Of a stretch of 64,000 nucleotides of DNA, positions 60,272-64,000 are shown one piece after another; the stretch's first letter is position 1; the number at the start of each line of letters is the position of its first letter. Source of the stretch: Chitinophaga pinensis (GTDB lineage Bacteria; Bacteroidota; Bacteroidia; NS11-12g; UBA955). The notes under the pieces were generated by a model. That model was not told where the DNA came from and searched no databases. It saw only the letters and a list, made by a program, of their open reading frames with translations. The position numbers and the translations under genes are program-made. The stretch spans positions 1,601 to 65,600 of the forward strand of contig CAMDDG010000006.1 in assembly GCA_945890895.1 (NCBI GenBank). The letters run 5' to 3'.

Positions 60272-62425
60272 CTATTTCGATAATCTCAAATGATAAACGC
60301 TTTTTTCCGTTTCACCAACCTTCCCATACAATTCACTTAGATATAAATGTGCAGTTTTATTATCTGGTGTTAACCATATAACTTGTTCAAAGTGACGTTT
60401 TGCTTGTGCTAAATTCCCTTCTAAATAATACACAGACCCTAAATTCAACCAAGTTAATGCGTGTCGTTTTGCTGAATTCATCTGCTTAATTAATATAAAC
60501 TTAGCTTCTGAAATTCGTTTTACTCGAATGAGTGCGTTGGCATATTCTGCTCCAAAATCCAAGTTCAAAGGCATTTTTTGATACGCCAAACGATAGTATT
60601 CGAGCGCAACCGTCAATTTTTTACTGTAATCAAAACTCTTTGCCAATCGATAATATGTCCAAACATCTACCGATTTTTGGTTCGATTCTTCAGTCAACTC
60701 CTCCAGTCCCTCCAACTGAATTACATTCGAATACATTCTTTTGAGGAAATACAAGTGAATCTGTTTCTCTAATTTAATAATATCTGCATTCAGAATTCCA
60801 AAATTGGGATCATCGAATTCCGTTGTGTTTATTAATTGTTCAGCTTTTTGCAAGTATAAGGGTTGAGGATCGAATTTTTCAAAATACGACAAGTAAGCAG
60901 AAATTTCCGACAGTTGATTGGGGGATGGGTTATTTACGCAATACAATCCCAGTAATTTACCCTTATTTATGTCTCCAATTTCTTTAGTTTCTGAGGAATT
61001 AGATACCGTGCGATTCACTTTTCCGTTTACTCGAGATGTTCTCGAGGTTTGATTTTTTTGAACTGTTTGTGGGGATGAATTTTCTGAAAGTATTGATTTG
61101 CCAGAACCCGAAATAGATGGAGTATTCAATAAATTCAAATTTTTAGGCCGTTGAATTTTATGATCATGAACCATCACATGCGGAATGTCTTCTGCACCAC
61201 TAGCAGGCATATGACATCCAACGCATCCATTTTCGTGAATTTGTTTATTTGCAGGCAGTTTGCATTGATGTAATTTACTTTTTTTACTTTGATCCTGATG
61301 ACAACCCATGCAAGTTTGATTAAAAACTTGTTTCTGTGTGGCCTTCACACTCACATGTGGATTATGACAATTAATGCACGTAAAGTTGATTTTTGCATTG
61401 TATGATTCTAATTGATTTTTTGGATTGGAAGCTATAAAACATGCACTTTGTTGGAAACGATCTGAATGTCCTGCCATTACGAAATAATCGTTGTTTTCGT
61501 ACTTGGGCATGTAAACCTCAAAAACATCGCTTAGTTTCATGCCTGGTCGGAAATCACTAAATAATTTACCGGGTTTTAGAACATTATTTCCTTGCAAATG
61601 ACATCGTTGACAGATATCTACTTGACGTGAGTAGGGCAATCGTTTTGGATTTACAATACTTCGATCGGCTTCTTTGGACGTATCCACCAAAATACCTTGT
61701 CGCTTTAAATTAACATGCAATTCACCCGGCCCATGACAGCGTTCACAATCAATACCTTTAGGAATTTTATTGAAGATATTGATCGATTGAGGATTAACCT
61801 CCGGCATTCCATTATGACAGCTCATACACTCCATATCAATTTTACGTTCAAAGGATGTGTTTACTGTTTCAAAACCCGGCGGTAAATCCCAAATTCCTTT
61901 TTGAGTGTAATAGGTTAAAGGTGCTTGATGAAGATAGGGTCCATCTTTCCAAAAATGAGAATTGGTGTGTTGTCCGCTGCCAATTATGTAGGAAATATAT
62001 TCTTTTCTTTGATGCGTTTTAATCAAATTCTCAACTCTAAATTCCTCAATAAAGAGCGAATCGTTCGACCAAAAAGGGTAGTAGTATAAATTTCGGTTTT
62101 TATCGTAAACGGTATATCGAAAGGAGGTATTGGGAATGGTTTTGAACTGTTGAAACGTGCCTTTTGATTTTGAGCGAGTTGCCGAATCAAAGGATTGTCC
62201 CATTCCCGTATGAACAAAAGTAGAATGGACATTTTCATGACACGTCATGCACGTTGACATTCCCACATAATTGACCGTATCGTGTAAATTCCAGAAATAT
62301 TCAGGAGTATCCCTGTTATTGGTTATTGATGTCGGAGATGTGGTGCAAAAATTGAGTGATACAATCGAAATGCATCCCACAAAAAAAAATAAAACAAGAT
62401 AATGAAGCTTTATTTTCTTTTGCAT
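60272..62425 (-). CDS. exported multiheme cytochrome c (7 CXXCH) with C-terminal TPR region
   Basis: CMTCH, CMSCH, CERCH, CQRCH, CINCH, CMGCH, CVGCH; N-terminal signal; TPR-like C-terminus. Confidence 0.85.
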   Translation of the reverse strand: MQKKIKLHYLVLFFFVGCISIVSLNFCTTSPTSITNNRDTPEYFWNLHDTVNYVGMSTCMTCHENVHSTFVHTGMGQSFDSATRSKSKGTFQQFKTIPNTSFRYTVYDKNRNLYYYPFWSNDSLFIEEFRVENLIKTHQRKEYISYIIGSGQHTNSHFWKDGPYLHQAPLTYYTQKGIWDLPPGFETVNTSFERKIDMECMSCHNGMPEVNPQSINIFNKIPKGIDCERCHGPGELHVNLKRQGILVDTSKEADRSIVNPKRLPYSRQVDICQRCHLQGNNVLKPGKLFSDFRPGMKLSDVFEVYMPKYENNDYFVMAGHSDRFQQSACFIASNPKNQLESYNAKINFTCINCHNPHVSVKATQKQVFNQTCMGCHQDQSKKSKLHQCKLPANKQIHENGCVGCHMPASGAEDIPHVMVHDHKIQRPKNLNLLNTPSISGSGKSILSENSSPQTVQKNQTSRTSRVNGKVNRTVSNSSETKEIGDINKGKLLGLYCVNNPSPNQLSEISAYLSYFEKFDPQPLYLQKAEQLINTTEFDDPNFGILNADIIKLEKQIHLYFLKRMYSNVIQLEGLEELTEESNQKSVDVWTYYRLAKSFDYSKKLTVALEYYRLAYQKMPLNLDFGAEYANALIRVKRISEAKFILIKQMNSAKRHALTWLNLGSVYYLEGNLAQAKRHFEQVIWLTPDNKTAHLYLSELYGKVGETEKSVYHLRLSK

Positions 62426-62458
62426 AAAAAGGGTTCTAGCAAACCTAATGTTAGAATA

Positions 62459-62764
62459 TTATTCAAATTCTTTTTGCCAATCCAAAACACCGCCGATTAG
62501 GTTTCTTACGTTTTGAAATCCACTTTGAAGTAGAAATTGCTGTGCCGTTGCGCTTCTTTTTCCGCTTCTGCAGTGAACAATGATTTCTTGATCTTTCCAG
62601 TCTTCTATTTCATCTAAACGACCCGGTAATTCACCCAAGGGGATTAATTTTCCATTTAAATTGAATTCATCAAACTCAAACGATTCTCTTACATCCAATA
62701 AATTAATGGGTTCACCAGCGTCCATTCGCTGTTTTAATTTGATAACGGAAATATCTTCAATCAT
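62459..62764 (-). CDS. rhodanese-like domain protein
   Basis: LLDVRE..EF, HCRSGKRS, NLIGG. Confidence 0.92.
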   Translation of the reverse strand: MIEDISVIKLKQRMDAGEPINLLDVRESFEFDEFNLNGKLIPLGELPGRLDEIEDWKDQEIIVHCRSGKRSATAQQFLLQSGFQNVRNLIGGVLDWQKEFE

Positions 62765-62798
62765 AATTGAAGCAAATTTACAAATACTTCCGAATGAT

Positions 62799-64000
62799 TT
62801 AATGATTGTTTATTTTTTGGAACGAAACACTTCCCCAACGACCGTCGGAAAGTTGCACTCGAGTATAATAAGAACCGGGTTTTAAATCGCTAATATCAAT
62901 ATCGGGAGTATTTTCAACCGACTTTACCAATCTACCCGAAGCGTCCATGATTTTTACTTTTTTCACTTCAAATATTCCACAATCTACCTTAATGATATTC
63001 TGTGCCGGGTTGGGATAAATCCGAGCTGAAACAGCCGGAATTTTTTCTGTTGAAAAGGAATAATTAACGCGTTCACCAAACATCATACGAATCATAGGTG
63101 TTCCTTTTATCGAGTAATCTGCGCGCTCCCAGCTTCCCAAGAGATTGTAAAAAAGATGCGGATTGTACACGTCATTACCCATGAAACGATAATTGTTGTC
63201 GTATCCAACATTCAGTACATAAGGCATTTGTTGAATCCAACCCACGTAGTACTGGCCTTTGGGTAAAAACAACACACTATCGAAGAAAATGTAATTAAAA
63301 TGATTGATGGAATCACGATACACTGGGCGATTTACCGCAAATTCATAGATCAATTGGTCTTGATTATCCGGACTACCCAAGGGTGAAAGTTTTTTCCAAA
63401 TTCTCAATTTAAAACTTCTGAAACTCACGTCTTCTTTAACTTGGGTAAAGTAAATGGCTAAGCCACGGAGTGAATCGTCTTGCAAGGTGTTGAATTCCAT
63501 GGCAAATTGCCCGCGAATATTACCCAAAAATGCATAATCCAAACCAAAACCACCTTCAGCAGAACCATCGTCGTACGAATACCAAGGCATGAATTGGTGC
63601 GTGAGAGAATATCGATTATTTTGATTGAGTGAATTATAATTCTGAGGCGTGTTATCGTTACTTCTTGGATCTATTACCCAGGAGTAATTCAGTTTAGGTG
63701 TGTTTCCGGTCAGAGTATCGAAAACGGGGGTATTGAAATTTTCCGCGGTATCTGATTTGGGTAATACATTTCGAGAACTAACGGTAAAATCTTGCTCAAA
63801 CAACCTCTGTCCAAATCCGTTTTTGATTTCTAATTGAAAACGGGTTTGCACGGTGGCGGTTTCATTTAAATTTCGAATTCTTAATTGTGCACCTTTTCCG
63901 CGAATGCTATTAACATTGCTTTTATAATGACTGTATGGAACATTTGAATAATCCGTGCATAATCCCGCTTGAGCCGTAACCACACCTACATCTTCAATAT
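62799..64000 (-). CDS. T9SS type A sorting-domain protein, C-terminal part (5' end outside the window)
   Basis: YDDGSAEGG; C-terminal IYPNPA..I.D.SGR..DISDLKPG.Y CTD; frame open to the window edge. Confidence 0.85.
   Translation of the reverse strand, partial: IEDVGVVTAQAGLCTDYSNVPYSHYKSNVNSIRGKGAQLRIRNLNETATVQTRFQLEIKNGFGQRLFEQDFTVSSRNVLPKSDTAENFNTPVFDTLTGNTPKLNYSWVIDPRSNDNTPQNYNSLNQNNRYSLTHQFMPWYSYDDGSAEGGFGLDYAFLGNIRGQFAMEFNTLQDDSLRGLAIYFTQVKEDVSFRSFKLRIWKKLSPLGSPDNQDQLIYEFAVNRPVYRDSINHFNYIFFDSVLFLPKGQYYVGWIQQMPYVLNVGYDNNYRFMGNDVYNPHLFYNLLGSWERADYSIKGTPMIRMMFGERVNYSFSTEKIPAVSARIYPNPAQNIIKVDCGIFEVKKVKIMDASGRLVKSVENTPDIDISDLKPGSYYTRVQLSDGRWGSVSFQKINNH

Overview
AT-rich (roughly mid-30s % GC by eye), densely coding chromosomal segment of a Bacteroidota bacterium. 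The assignment rests on TAnnTTTG -7 promoter boxes, T9SS components and cargo, the split transketolase and the atpBEFHAG operon lacking atpD/C. Content is almost entirely core genes: mazG, aroCAB, porD-like, coaBC, rpoZ, bamD, transketolase halves, mfd, PPIase, udk, speA, mdh, rpmE2, PBP1A, ATP synthase, relA/spoT, M20 dipeptidase, scoB, plus several surface proteins. I saw no rRNA, tRNA, CRISPR array, integrase or transposase. The most striking unexplained signal is a dispersed non-palindromic 12-mer, CATCCCCCGAAA (extended ACATCCCCCGAAAA). I found 8 exact and 7 one-mismatch copies by eye, on both strands, in at least three reading frames and in intergenic DNA. This is the distribution expected of a DNA-uptake-sequence-like or HIP-like genome-wide signal, which I do not know to be described in this phylum. 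Other oddities: sprE/porW is interrupted by a single in-frame TAA; an M23 peptidase gene has lost its catalytic domain; core enzymes (AroA, AroC, AtpB) carry multiple in-frame low-complexity insertions; short tandem duplications fill several convergent intergenic gaps; and there is a 7-heme cytochrome c-TPR protein.
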